DNA of 64,000 nt from Octopus sinensis (GCF_006345805.1 NC_043013.1:34100001-34164000); one strand, 5' to 3'; positions 26,371-39,390 are shown, counted from the stretch's first letter. The notes: generated by a model not told the origin, from the letters alone. Numbers and translations: made by a program.

Positions 26371-26624
26371 TGTTTGTAGAAATACATATATCCAGAGAAG
26401 CACACTCTAAAGTTTAGAGCAGTTAATATTATAATGGGGAGGCTGGTTTATGGGGTTACTCTGGGTTTCTTGCTCATAAGAGGTTTAGCCTTACAGAGTA
26501 TCTTCAGACCCCAAAACACTGCTGGTCTAATTGTTTTGGAGTCTGAAGATACGTTGCAAGGCTAAACCCCTTATGAAGGAGAAACCCAGGGTAACCCCAG
26601 AAACCGGCTTCTCCCATTATAATA
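26368..26624. mobile_element. Hammerhead-bearing palindrome (arms 26427-26518 / 26532-26624) plus a left tail
   Basis: gg(a/g)gt CTGAAGA (26543-26549) ... GAAAC ccagg GTA acccc (26581-26598), mirrored on the minus strand. The arms differ at roughly a dozen positions. Confidence 0.75.
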
Positions 26625-26640
26625 CATACATATACATATA

Positions 26641-26693
<53 letters not shown>

Positions 26694-26770
26694 ATTAGAA
26701 TAGACAAAAATATGTGTCTGTTCACAGAATTGATAGTAACCAGAGTAAAATATGAATATTTTTTTTTTAG

Positions 26771-26859
26771 ATATTTGCTTATGTTCAAAGATCCTTTGAC
26801 ATTGTTCAGGATGTATTTGAAGCTATGGTTATGAATTTATTTGTTGCAGTATATGAAAG
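26771..26859 (+). other. Candidate 89-nt internal exon of an unidentified gene
   Basis: Poly-T+AG acceptor and AAG|gtaagt donor. One frame is open (IFAYVQRSFDIVQDVFEAMVMNLFVAVYE); no homolog is recognised. Confidence 0.25.
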
Positions 26860-27484
26860 GTAAGTAACAACATTTTTGAATACCCTGTGTAAGTAAGTAG
26901 TTATGAAACAATGTTTTGACGAATAAAATTTCAACTCATTCAGCTGTACAGAGGTGCAAAGGCTTTTCTTTCTTATTTCTTGTGTATGATTTTGTGATGG
27001 TAAAATACCTTCTATATTTAAGTTGTACTTGACAATTTTTTTTTTCAGTTCCCCTATAAACTTGGATAAGGAGGTGTCATTGCTTATATTTTGGCTGCAA
27101 AATGTGCAGCTGTGATACAGTATCTAAATTTTAAAGAATTGATTGTGAGATCGATATTTGTTTAAGATCGGTGATTGTTTTCTGCTGTCGATTGGTATAT
27201 GATGTCTTTAAGTTGGTCTGACCAAAGCCTTGTGAGTGCATTTGGTATAAGGAAACTGAAAAAAACTAATCATGTGTGTATCCATCTTTTTTTCTGTGTT
27301 TGGCCCTCACCACTGGTTCATAACCAGTGTTGGAGTGTTTACATCCTCATAACTTAGTGGTTCAGCAAAAGAAAACCAACAGAAAAAGTACCAGGCCTAG
27401 TACTGGAGTTGATGCCTTCAACTAAAATTTTTCAAGGTAGTGCCCCAGCATGGCCACAATCTAATCACTGAAACAAGTAAGAAA

Positions 27485-27515
<31 letters not shown>

Positions 27516-27557
27516 TTATTAATAGTTAGGTAATATAAAATATATATATATATAATA

Positions 27558-28075
27558 TATAAGCGAGAAAGAAGCAACAAGAATGGATAGGTTTTTAGTA
27601 CGATCGTTTCATACAAGGACAGGGTTTATTAAAAGTTGCAAAGATTACAGCATATAAACGAGTCCCGTACTCATCAGCTAAAATACATGTAAGTTCTCTA
27701 GACATCCTAGTGTTTGAGGCTATACTCATGAAGTAATGTAGATAATTAAACAGATTCTAAAGTTTAGAATCTGTTTAATTATCTACATTACTTCATGAGT
27801 ATAGCCTCAAACACTAGGATGTCTAGAGAACTTACATGTATTTTAGCTGATGAGTACGGGACTCGTTTATATGCTGTAATCTTTGCAACTTTTAATAAAA
27901 CCTGTCCTTGTATGAAACGATCGTACTAAAAACCTATCCATTCTTGTTGCTTCTTTCTCGCTTATAATCACCCCACATTACTGTATTGTTAAATCAGTAT
28001 AGTTTTTTTTGGTGCATCTAAGTTAGGTACCATATTCAAGTAAATTTTTTTAAATTAACTTGAATCTTTATTGCT
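27558..28075. mobile_element. Almost perfect 409-bp palindrome (27558-27966, centre 27762) plus a right tail; PLE inverted pLTR-like
   Basis: 204-bp arms around a single central G, with one mismatch noticed (acagggttt vs aaaacctgt). Flanked by TA tracts. Confidence 0.9.
27841..27931 (+). ncRNA. Type-I hammerhead ribozyme motif with extended stem II (mirror copy on the minus strand at about 27593-27683)
   Basis: ttttag CTGATGA gtacgggac...gtccttgtat GAAAC gatc GTA ctaaaa: 6-bp stem I, intact core, palindromic stem III ACGATCGT. Confidence 0.8.
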
Positions 28076-28094
28076 CTTTGTATATATATATATG

Positions 28095-28445
28095 TAGGCA
28101 CAAGAGTGGGTGTGTGGGAAGCTTGCTTCCCAACCAAATGGTTCCAGGTTCAATCCCACTACATGGCACTTTGTGAGTGGATTTGGTAGAGAGAAACTGG
28201 AAGAAGCTTGTCGCGTATACATATATGTATGTATGTATTTGTGTCTCTGTGTATGTCTCCCCATCATTGCTTGACATCGATGTTAGTGTGTTTACATTCT
28301 TGTAACTTAGTGGTTTGACAAGAGACTGATAGAATAAGTACTATGCTTGCAAAGAATAAGTCCTGTGGTCGATTTGTTTGACTAAAGGTGGTGCTCCAGC
28401 ATGGCAGCAGTCAAATGACTGAAACAAGTAAAAGAATAAAAGAAT
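28095..28445 (+). mobile_element. SINE family A with an internal deletion
   Basis: Homology to other copies. Confidence 0.8.
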
Positions 28446-28454
28446 ATATATATA

Positions 28455-28852
28455 ATTTCTGCTTGAGGAGACCTATTGAGTCAAGTGCATCAACACCAAA
28501 ATAAAAGTCAAATGGAAATTGTAGTTTTGATTCCTTTGCTGGTGGCACGTAAAATGCACCATCTGAACGTGGCTGATGCCAGCACTGCCTTGACTGGCTT
28601 CTGTGCCCGTGGCACATAAAAAGCACCAACTGATCATGGCCATTGCCAGCCTCCTCTAGCCCCTGTGCTGGTGGCACGTAAAAAGCACCCACTACATTCA
28701 CAGAGTGGTTGGTGTTAGGAAGGGCATCCAGCTGTAGAAACTCTGTTAGATTAGGCTGGAGCGTGGTGCAGCCTCCTGGCTTCCCAGACCCCAGTCGAAC
28801 CATCCAACCCATGCTAGCATGGAAAATGGACGTTAAACGATGATGATGATTG
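28455..28852 (+). mobile_element. Family E retroposon, long copy with three internal gtggcacgtaaaaagcacc units and a (GAT)n tail
   Basis: Units near 28541, 28609 and 28670. Tail ggacgttaaacgatgatgatg. Confidence 0.75.
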
Positions 28853-28865
28853 ATGATGAGGATAA

Positions 28866-28912
<47 letters not shown>

Positions 28913-28978
28913 CACACAATTTTTATATATATATTTATGCATAACAATACTCTAGATACATACCTACTATTTATATAT

Positions 28979-29176
28979 TCTTTTATTCTTTTACTTGTTT
29001 CAGTCATTTGACTGCAGCCATGCTGGAGCACAGCCTTTAGTTGAACAAATTCACCCCAGGACTTATTCTTTGTAAGCCTAGTACTTATTTTATTGGTCTA
29101 TTGGAGATGTAAATACACCAACAGTTATAAAGCGATGGCGGAGACACAAACACAGGCACACTCTCACATAAACATA

Positions 29177-29217
<41 letters not shown>

Positions 29218-29551
29218 TATATATATGTATGTATGTATACGTTTTATTTATTATTTTGCACATTACTTAATCATCATTATATTTTTTACCTTATATTTAA
29301 TCTTTCTATTATATGTAATTTTCTAGATGGTGTAATTTAATTTTTCATTTTGAATAGACAAAAGGTGGTTCTTTCTAATTTATATATATATACGATGGGC
29401 TTCTTTCAGTTTCCATCTACTAAATCCACTCGCAAGGCTCTGGTAAGCTTGATGCTATATAGACACTTACCCAAGTTGCCATGCAGTGGAACTGAACCAA
29501 GAACCACGTGGTTGGGAAGCAAGCTTCTTACCACACAGCCACGTCTGTGCC
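28979..29551 (-). mobile_element. SINE family A split by about 150 bp of foreign AT-rich sequence inside its internal (TA)n
   Basis: Tail half at 28979-29160 and head half at 29390-29551. Confidence 0.7.
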
Positions 29552-30599
29552 TTTATGTGTATAGCATTGATATTGCTGTATTTTTGGTTCTATATATGTC
29601 TTTGAAACATATTTACCTACATTGGTTTTATGGATATACAGGTTTTCTTTCACCCATTTGGTAAATCTTCAAATATTTCGTTCTGAAAAGTTACTTCATT
29701 CTATCTCATACTTTCTCATTCAACCCATTATTCCAATACCCTTCTTTTATATTTCCATTTCCATTTAAAATACACCCCTTTACTGTATTTTATCTCCATC
29801 AATTTATTCATTAATAATACCTGGCTATTGTCTCTTATTTTATCATTTCATTTCATATTTACCTTTTACTCACACTTACCTTAACCAAACAGCTATATCC
29901 CTCTTTCTTCCCTTATAGATTAACCATACAACCTACCTTAATTCATATATGCTTCTATACATAATTGATCACTATTACCAGCTACAAACATTATCAAATA
30001 TCAGTAATTTTAACTTTCATTGCATGTAACAACCTATACACATACCAATTTAGGTCTAATTCATCCTAATTCAACATAAATGGAGTTACTCTATTACAGC
30101 TCTTCCTCAGACATTTAAACAGATAAGCTCTTCAATGCATTCATTCTGGTTATGCACATATTAATTTTAACATTATTCTACATATTTAAACCTTACATTC
30201 ACATATTATAAATCTTATTTACACGTACACTTATCTCATTCAGTCGACCTTTAAAATTCATTTGAAAGTTTTAAATCTATAAACGATAATAAATCATTTA
30301 TTATTTGCATGCTAATTTCATTTAATTGCTTCCACTAATACACATATATGCAGATAACTAACCAGCATTATTTAATACCATGTTGTTTTTATATGGAGCA
30401 CGTTTTCCTTTTCTTTCACTCTTTGTTTTAACAAATAAAATTTCACTTTGCTCTACTGTACAGAAGTTAATTTCCTGACATACTTCCATATGGAAAAGTC
30501 AAGCAATTTCGAAATCCTAACCAGTTTGAAATTGCTGTAAGTGTTTTAGTGTACAAAACAATCCTTACACACACATATATATATAAGTATATACATCTA

Positions 30600-30650
30600 T
30601 ATCAATATATATAAATATATATTTATATATATATACATATATATATATAC

Positions 30651-30746
<96 letters not shown>

Positions 30747-30765
30747 GTATATATATATGTATATG
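30600..30765. repeat. Long (TA)n microsatellite
   Basis: Directly visible. Confidence 0.95.
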
Positions 30766-30766
30766 T

Positions 30767-31073
30767 GGAGGCGCAATGGCCCAGTGGTTAGGGCAGCGGA
30801 CTCGCAGTCGTAGGATCGCGGTTTGATTCCCAGACCGGGCGTTGTGAGTGTTTATTGAGCGAAAACACCTAAAGTTCCACGAGGCTCCAGCAGGGGGTGG
30901 TGGCGATCCCTACTGTACTCTTTCGCCACAATTTTCTCTCACTCTTTCTTCTGTTAGCCTGCCCGCTTAGCCAGCGAGATGGCATCATTTGAAGGCTAAA
31001 ACAATGCGAAGCGCATTGTGACCAGCGATGTGTAGCAACATCTGATAGCCTGGTCGGTGACGGTGACGGTGAT
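30767..31073 (+). mobile_element. tRNA-derived SINE family C, young CpG-rich copy
   Basis: tRNA-like head ggaggcgcaatggcccagtggttagg...ggtttgattccc with A/B boxes, and tail (cggtga)n. Confidence 0.8.
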
Positions 31074-31305
31074 ATATGTATATATACATACACCCCCCCA
31101 CACACACACACACTCACTCGCACACACATATAGGTATGGCTGTGTGGTAACAAGGTTGCTTTCCAACCAAATGGTTTCATGTTCAGTCCTGCAGTGTGGC
31201 ATCTTGGCCAAGTACCTTGTACTATAGCCCTGGGCTGACCAAAGCCTTCTGAGTAGATTTAGCAGACCAAGATTGAAAGAAGTCAACTGACACTAAGGTG
31301 TATGC

Positions 31306-31342
<37 letters not shown>

Positions 31343-32029
31343 TGTCTCCTTCTCTTGACATTGCACAATAGTTGTCAAATGACTGTCACCATCATAGAAG
31401 CAATCCATTTCTGATATTCTGCTAGAAATTCTCTGGACATTGGAAGACATCACCTTACATGAAACAAGTGAGGGTTGGGGACAGGTAGAGCATCCGGCTG
31501 CATGGCTCTTGCTCCAGTTCCTTTTAACAATAATATGACACATTATTTTAAAATTTTGCTACATTAATTAAATAAAATGTTGCTTCACAATTAAATTCAT
31601 ATGCATTCATATACACAAGCCTTCAAATTTTCAATTGGTGTTCTTTGAAATCCTTGAAGAAGAGTGAAACATTGGTACTTTTGTTAACACTCACTGCTAC
31701 AGTGAATATATATCTATAATGTTCTACCATATTATAAGGTAATATCAAGTTCTTAACACTACTTAGTGGTTTCCCATGTTCTTATGGACAAACAGATTAT
31801 AATATATCAATATCTATCTATCTATCTATCCACCCATCCATCTATCTATCTATTTATCTATCTATCTACCTATCCATTTATCTATGCCTCAATACACACA
31901 CTCACAAACATATAAATGCACACATACATGTTTATTTATATATACATTTATATATCCACATAAATCACTCCCGCCCCATATATATATATATATATATACA
32001 TACACATATATATATATAATACATACATA

Positions 32030-32060
<31 letters not shown>

Positions 32061-32073
32061 GATATATATATAT

Positions 32074-32141
<68 letters not shown>

Positions 32142-32533
32142 CATATGTGTAACTATGAAAAACATTAAAAAATAATAGGAAACAATTTACCATTTCAGAC
32201 ATTTTCCGAAAATATAATTTACCATTCTTTTATAGCTAATTTAACAATTGTCTTAAATATAGAACATAATATCTGCTGTATTGTGTTATATTTAGCAGTG
32301 TTGTGTTTTTGTTCACCATTGTATGGTTGTTAGTCTACAGAGTTATATATGTGGAGATGTATCATTGTGAAATATTCCAATGGACTTGGAGACCATTTAC
32401 TTGGCTTTTATTATTGATGGTAAATAAATGTAAGAGTGGTGTGTATGTTTGTAGAGCAAGAATATTTATGACTGTGTGTGTATGTATATACATATATATA
32501 TATATATATACTATATAATATATATATATATAG

Positions 32534-32567
<34 letters not shown>

Positions 32568-32719
32568 TACATATTATACAAATACATATATATATACACA
32601 CACACACATATACACGAACGCATACATACAGCTATATATACACATGTATATTACAAATGTATGCATATATGTATTAACAAACATGTTTGAATAACTATCT
32701 ACTGTCTGTCTGTCTTCTG

Positions 32720-32757
<38 letters not shown>

Positions 32758-32789
32758 AGTGTATACATATTATACTCTTAAGGTATGTG

Positions 32790-32831
<42 letters not shown>

Positions 32832-32843
32832 GTGTATATATGC

Positions 32844-33175
32844 GAAGGCATATGGCTCAGTGGTTAGAACGTAGAGCTTACGATCGTGAGGTTTTGTGTT
32901 CGAATCATGGACTGGGATGCATGTTGTGTTCTTGAGCAAGACACTTTATTTCATATTACCGCAGTTCACTCAGCTGTAAAAATGAGTTGTGACATACAGG
33001 TGCCAAGCTGTATCTACTGTTGCCTTTCCCTTGGATAACACTGGTGGTATGGAGAGGGGAGGCCGGTATGCATAGGTGACTGCTGGTCTTCCATAAACAA
33101 ACTTGCTCGGACTTGTGCCTAGGAGGGTAACTTTCTAGGTGCAATCCCATGGTCAGTCATGACTGAAGCGGGGTT
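32844..33175 (+). mobile_element. tRNA-derived SINE family D
   Basis: tggctcagtggttaga...gttcgaatc head and cttgagcaagacactttatttca core. A homolog lies on the minus strand at 35203-35531. Confidence 0.8.
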
Positions 33176-33529
33176 ATATATATACATATAACATGTATAA
33201 GTGTGTTATGTGTAATGTTTATAATTATAGTCATGAATATAAAAATATGTTCATTGATGGTTTTGTAGCAGAGTTGTTTCAGTATTAAATGGAATGTTTT
33301 GCTTTATTCATTATAGTTCTTCATAATTATGCTAACAATGCCACCTTTGTTTTCCAGCCTTTTGGGGTTCCTAGATGATGTACCTCTCCAGAAAAGAATT
33401 CCATTATTATTATTTCAAAATTCTTTGTATCTCACCCCTATGATGGAATTTAGGTGTTCACTCTTGGGTGACTAATTGCCACATGTGATCTCAGCCATCC
33501 AAGTACATTTGAAGGATCATCACTGTTCT

Positions 33530-33731
33530 TAACAGAATCATTAGCATGCTGGAGGAAATGCTTAATGGTGTTTCACCCGTCTTTGCATTCTGAGTTCAAA
33601 ATTCACCAAGGTCAACTTTGCCTTTCATCCTTACAGGGTTGATAAAATAGGCACTAGTAGAGTACTGGGGTCGATGTAATCAACTATCCCCCTCCCCCAA
33701 ATGTCAAGCCTTGTGCCTATTAGTAGAAAGG

Positions 33732-33784
<53 letters not shown>

Positions 33785-34022
33785 GCAATGAGCTGGCAGA
33801 ATTGTTAGTATGCCAAGTGAAAATCTTAGTTGCCTTTCATCCTACTTTATGTTCTGAGTTCAAATTCTGCTTAGTCTGTCTTTACATTCTGAACCCAAAT
33901 TCTGCCGAGACTGACTTTGCCTTCAAGGTCGATGAAATAAGCACCAGTTAAGCACAGAGGCTGAATGTAATTGACTTGCTCCCTCTTCTCTGAACTTGCT
34001 AATCTTGCGGAAAAATTTGAAA
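33530..34022 (+). mobile_element. Two SINE family B copies around an (ATT)n tract
   Basis: Homology to family B. Confidence 0.75.
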
Positions 34023-34042
34023 TTATTAACATTATTATTATT

Positions 34043-34563
34043 GAGTGACACTGTGGTAAAATATAAGAAGCTCAGTATACCTATCATGATAAGGGTACAC
34101 TAGGCACATGCATCACAACTGTGTGTGCGTGACATGGTGATCTCATATCAAGATAAACAGTGCATGACCTTGCGGGTGGAGCTCAGTTAGAATTGTCTTC
34201 TGGTCGAGTAGCCCATCCTGCTCAAAAGGACCCTGAATAAGGGTTGCTTAAGGATGTTGAATGAAACCCCCCCCCATGTTTCGATAGGTGAATTGTAGAA
34301 ACCTCCAAGATTCTTTCTCAACACATGGCTATGATGCTCCCCCACTACTTCTGCTTGTGATCAGAGATGCACATATCGTCAGCCACTAAGGGACATGCTG
34401 AACTGTTTAAGGTCAAACAACTGGCAAGCAAATCTGTGGTATTGAGCAGAATATTTGCTGTAGCCCATCTTTTATACCAAGACAAAACAATGTACATGAT
34501 AACACTTCCAATCAGTTAAGATCAGAAGCCATGAGAGCTACTGCCTTGTACAGCATCAGGACA

Positions 34564-34615
<52 letters not shown>

Positions 34616-34700
34616 GAGTGAGAGAGCAGCACATGCCATCAAAGTGACCCTGGGCTACAAATATATGAATTCCCAATATACCCATCATGACTCTCTGTAA
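34043..34700. mobile_element. Unclassified repeat of about 520 bp embedded in (ATT)n, followed by a partial second copy
   Basis: gagtga...aaatata...tatacc.atcatga occurs at both about 34043 and 34615-34690, each directly after (ATT)n. Confidence 0.5.
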
Positions 34701-34873
34701 TGGTGTCACATAAAAAGCACCCAATAAACTTTGTAAAGTGGTTGATATTAGGAAGAACATCCAGCTGTAGAAACTAAGCCAATAACAGACTGTGGAACCT
34801 TGGTATGGCCTCCTGGCCTTGCAAGCTCCTGTCAAGCTCTCTAATCCATGCCATCATGGTAAGCAGACAAATA

Positions 34874-34923
<50 letters not shown>

Positions 34924-35202
34924 ATCTGCATATGCCAACAGCTTTGTCTAATGAGTTGAAGAAATTCTTTCATGGCACTGTTCCCAGACATTTGTATGTC
35001 TTTCTTTTCAGCATTTCCTTCAGTCTGGCCCCGTGTAAATTAACTTAGCACTAAACACTGAGGGCCCATCTCATCACCATAAGAATTCAATGGATAATAC
35101 ATACACTGTTGAAATATGTGAGTAATCTGTATGCTCCATAGAATACAAGTCCACCTTGTCAGACGTTTGAAGACAAAATCTGTCACTAAACATGTAAAAG
35201 GA

Positions 35203-35531
35203 GTAAAGACCTAGTTTAGTCATGAATGCGCATGGAATTGCTCCTAGAAAGTTCCCCTTCTAGGCACAAGTCCAAGTAAGGTTGTTTACAGAAGACCAAC
35301 AATCACCCATGCATACCAGCCTCTCTTCTCCATGCCACCAATGTTATCCAAGGGAAAGGCAAAAGCTGACACAGCTTGGCACAAGTGACGTCACAACTCA
35401 TTTCTACAGCTGAGTGGACTGGAGCAATGTGAAATAAAGTGTCTTGCTCAAGAACACAACACACTGCCTGGTCTGGGAATTGAACTCACTACCTCATGAT
35501 TGTGAGCCCGATGATTTAACCCTGTGCTTTC
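35203..35531 (-). mobile_element. SINE family D
   Basis: Reverse-complement homology to 32844-33175. Confidence 0.8.
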
Positions 35532-35784
35532 ACTGTAATTAAATGCATGTAACTCCAAACAAATATGTTGGGTACTTCCTTTCAGTTGTTCATTCAGTTA
35601 GGTGTATGTATTTATAAGTGTGTGTATACACACACTTCTATATATATGTATATACACACACTCATACATTTGTATAAATATCTGCATATATATAGATAAT
35701 ACACACATCTATAAGCACAGGAAGAAATCATATATATTATGTATGTAAGTATGTGTGTATATATATGTATGTATGTATGTATGC

Positions 35785-36060
35785 CAGAGCACCTGGCTGG
35801 CTTCCATGTAGCTGGCACGTAAAAAAACACCACTTGAGCATGGCTGTTGCCAGTACTTCCTGACTGGCCCTAGTGCCAGTGGCACGTAAAAGCACCTACT
35901 ACATTCTTGGAGTGGTTAGCATTAGGAAGGGCATCTAGATGTAGAAACTCTGCCAGATCAGACTGGAGCCTGCTGCAGCCATCTGGTCCACCATTCCTCA
36001 GTCAAATCGTCCAACCCATGCTAGCATGGAAAGCAGACGTTAAATGATGATGATGATGAT
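35785..36060 (+). mobile_element. Family E retroposon
   Basis: Homology to 28455-28852, with a (GAT)n tail. Confidence 0.75.
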
Positions 36061-36112
36061 ATATATATTTGGCTGTGTGTGTGTATGTATGCATGTATGT
36101 ATGTATATATGT

Positions 36113-36146
36113 ATAGATAGATAAATAGACAGACAGACAGACAGAC

Positions 36147-36203
<57 letters not shown>

Positions 36204-36275
36204 CATACATACATACATACATAGATACATACATACATAGATAGGTAGATAGATAGGTAGATAGGTAGATAGAAT

Positions 36276-36320
<45 letters not shown>

Positions 36321-36386
36321 GTAGATAGATAGGTAGATAGGTAGATAGAATGATAGATAGATAGATAAATAGACAGACAGACAGAC

Positions 36387-36431
<45 letters not shown>

Positions 36432-36540
36432 CATACATACATACATACATACATACATACATAGATACATACATACATAGATAGGTAGATAGATAGGTAG
36501 ATAGGTAGATAGAATGATAGATAGATAGATAGATAGCTAG
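36113..36540. repeat. Compound GATA/GACA/CATA microsatellite with a higher-order duplication of about 240 bp
   Basis: Marker ataaatagacagac at 36121 and 36365. The block at 36201-36290 recurs at 36441-36530. Confidence 0.85.
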
Positions 36541-37168
36541 ATGATTGATATACACACAGATACAGCTGTATATACACATATATATGTAAATGTATATATG
36601 TGTGTCTGTATGTATGTGTGAGTGTGTGTTTGTCTTTTTTACATATATATTTCACCTTACATTGAAATATAAGAAATATTTCAAAAGCAATTCATAAACA
36701 CACACACACACATATACATACATATGTGTATATATATATATGTTGTATGTTATTTATCATTATATACATTGATATCTATAGTGATAATGACATAACACAT
36801 AAGTGTAAGTTTATGTGCTGTTATGGTAGTATGTATATACTTACATACACACACACTTATATAAATATCTATGGAAACAGACAGACAGACACACACATAT
36901 ATATATTCAGGTGCATACCAACACACAAACATACATCTATATTAAACAATATTTGGTTGTAGCTTATTGTTTAATACCTAGCTGTGCTATATAAATTATT
37001 TTGGAATAACATGGTAGGACGTGTTATTATGGCTGAAAATTATTGAAGAACAAACAATGCTACAATTGTCATATCTATTAATATTGTTGTTGTTGTTCTC
37101 TCAATACTTCTTAGCTCATTTCTGTAAAATACTTCCCCTGCTGTTATTATTATTATTATCACTATTGC

Positions 37169-37222
<54 letters not shown>

Positions 37223-38093
37223 TGCTATTGTTGTTTCTGTTATTATTCCTATTATCATTGATCATGATATAGTTGTTTTACTTGTTGATGTTGTTGTTGT
37301 TGTTTTAAACTCTGCTATTTTTTTTTTTCATTTTTTATCTCACAATTCTCTTTGTTAATTTTTATTGCTATATTGTCGTTATCTTATTCGTTTAGATTAT
37401 GTGTTTATTTTTATTTTTAATAATTCATATCTCTTCAGGAGATATATTTGTTGTAGATGTTGTCATAGTTATTACAATAGTTGTATATTTATTTCTCATG
37501 GTAGAAGTACTAAGTATTAGTCATATATGAGAGGTGAGGAGGGTTTTTTTTTTAGATGTAAATATAGCAATATATAGCAAATGTAATTGAAGGTCTCTGT
37601 TATTTATTTATTTCCTGTTCTCACTCTTTGGATCATGGTCATGCTGGGACAACACCTTCTTAAGCTGTAGTTGATGATGTCAACTTCAGGTCTTGATTTT
37701 ATCCATCAATGTTTTATTGATAGGTTAGCACACCTTGGCTGAAATTACTTTCTAACCAAGACTGTTATGTGAACACATAAAAACAAAACAGCATCACAAG
37801 CAATTGTCACTTTGGCATTGACATCTTGAAACGGACACAGGTTAAATGAAACTTTTTGAGGCTTTATTTCACAGTAGGACGCGTATGTCAATCCTTTTAG
37901 TTATCTCTTATATCACACAAGGATCCTCCTCCTCCTCCTCCTCCTCATCATCATCATCATCATCATCGTCGTCGTCATCATCATCATCATCAACAAACAC
38001 CTGTCTTCCATGCCGGCATGGGTTGGATGGTTTTATCAGAGCTGGTAAGCAGGAGAACCGTACTAGGTTCTAGTCTGATTTAAGTTAATTTCT

Positions 38094-38326
38094 TATGTCT
38101 TTACTGCCCACAAGGGGCTAAACACAGAGAGGACAAACAAGGACAGACAAACGGATTAAGTCGATTATATCGACCCCAGTGCATAACTGGTACTTATTTA
38201 ATCGACCCCAAAAGGATGACAGGCAAAGTCGACCTCGGTGGGATTTGATCTCAGAACATAACAGCAGATGAAATACCGCTAAGTATTTTGCCCGGCATGC
38301 TAACATTTCTGCCACCTCACCACCTT
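38094..38326 (-). mobile_element. SINE family B nested in a family E copy, with a 14-bp TSD
   Basis: ttaagttaatttct at 38080-38093 and 38325-38338. Family E halves lie at 37995-38080 and 38335-38410. Confidence 0.85.
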
Positions 38327-38424
38327 AAGTTAATTTCTATGATTGGATGCTTTTCCTAACACCAACAACTTTACAGAGCATGCTGGGTGATTTTTGTGTG
38401 GCACCAGCATGGGATATATATATG

Positions 38425-38594
38425 CGCAGGAGTGACTGTGTGGTAAGTAGCTTGCTAACCAGCCACATGTTTCCGGGTTCAGTCCCACTGCGTGGCATCT
38501 TGGACAAGTTGTCTTCTACTATAGCCCCGGGCCGACCAATGCCTTGTGAGTGGATTTGGTAGACAGAAACTGAAAGAAGCCTGTCGTATATATG

Positions 38595-38625
<31 letters not shown>

Positions 38626-38850
38626 ATGTGTTTGTGTGTGTGTGTTTTTCCCCCTAGCATTGCTTGACAACCGATGCTGGTGTGTTTACGTCCCCATCAC
38701 TTAGCGGTTTGGCAAAAGAGACCGATAGAATAAGTACTGGGCTTACAAAGAATAAGTCCTGGGGTCGATTTGCTTGACTAAAAAGGCGGTGCTCCAGCAT
38801 GACCTCAGTCAAATGACTGAAACAAGTAAAAGAGTAAAAGAGTAAAAGAG
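38425..38850 (+). mobile_element. SINE family A, full length
   Basis: Complete head, internal microsatellite and (gagtaaaa)n tail. Confidence 0.9.
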
Positions 38851-39059
38851 TATATATATATAGGGTTAGCTTACCCTCTGTAGTTGGGCTGATGGTTTTA
38901 ACTACCATGAACTGGAGTGCACTAAGCAGAGCCTGATGTAGTAGCAGAAATAAGTATATTCCAATCTTGGGTGACTCTTGTCCTTCACTACGTAACACTG
39001 GGGATCTCTCTGTCTCTGTAATGGATACTAAAAGCATCCCCTCATCCCTCCATATTGTT

Positions 39060-39390
39060 ACTATTGTATAAACCTTATAGACACCCTGCTAACAATATGA
39101 CGCTGTGATGGAATTCTACCACTGCCCACTGGCATCTCAATCAACATTTACCTTCCCATTGCAACTTATACAGTCACAGCCCCTCAAAACATGACAAGTA
39201 ATCTAGGGTTTGTGACATAATCTGGTTTCACCCCCACCCTTCTATCTTAATATCCAAAAGAGGTTACCCAAGCAATTTTTTGCTTTGTTAGAAAAACGCT
39301 TCCCCAGATCTAGTAAATTTAGCAAGATATTAAACCCCCAATCAATGAAGCTGTCCTCTTGGTATTTATTGGATAGTAAATGTCTCACCA
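39060..39390 (+). pseudogene. Penelope-like element RT/linker remnant
   Basis: LYKPYRHPANN (39064) followed by DIIWFHP...KQFFALLEKRFPRSSKFSKILNPQSMKLS (39214-39357), both resembling PLE motifs. Confidence 0.7.

Noticed and set aside
26406-26419. ctaaagtttag shared with the centre of the 27762 palindrome
   Set aside because: A short AT-rich self-complementary word whose coincidence cannot be excluded.
28541-28690. Repeat-spacer-like units (gtggcacgtaaaaagcacc) resembling a CRISPR array
   Set aside because: They are internal tandem units of a dispersed eukaryotic retroposon. The spacers are related to each other and there are no cas genes.
30767-30840. tRNA-like sequence (also at 32844 and 49575)
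   Set aside because: These are SINE heads that continue into the SINE body, with no proper acceptor stem or terminator.
35012-35117. Segment with acceptor- and donor-like signals
   Set aside because: All three frames contain stops and nothing else supports it.
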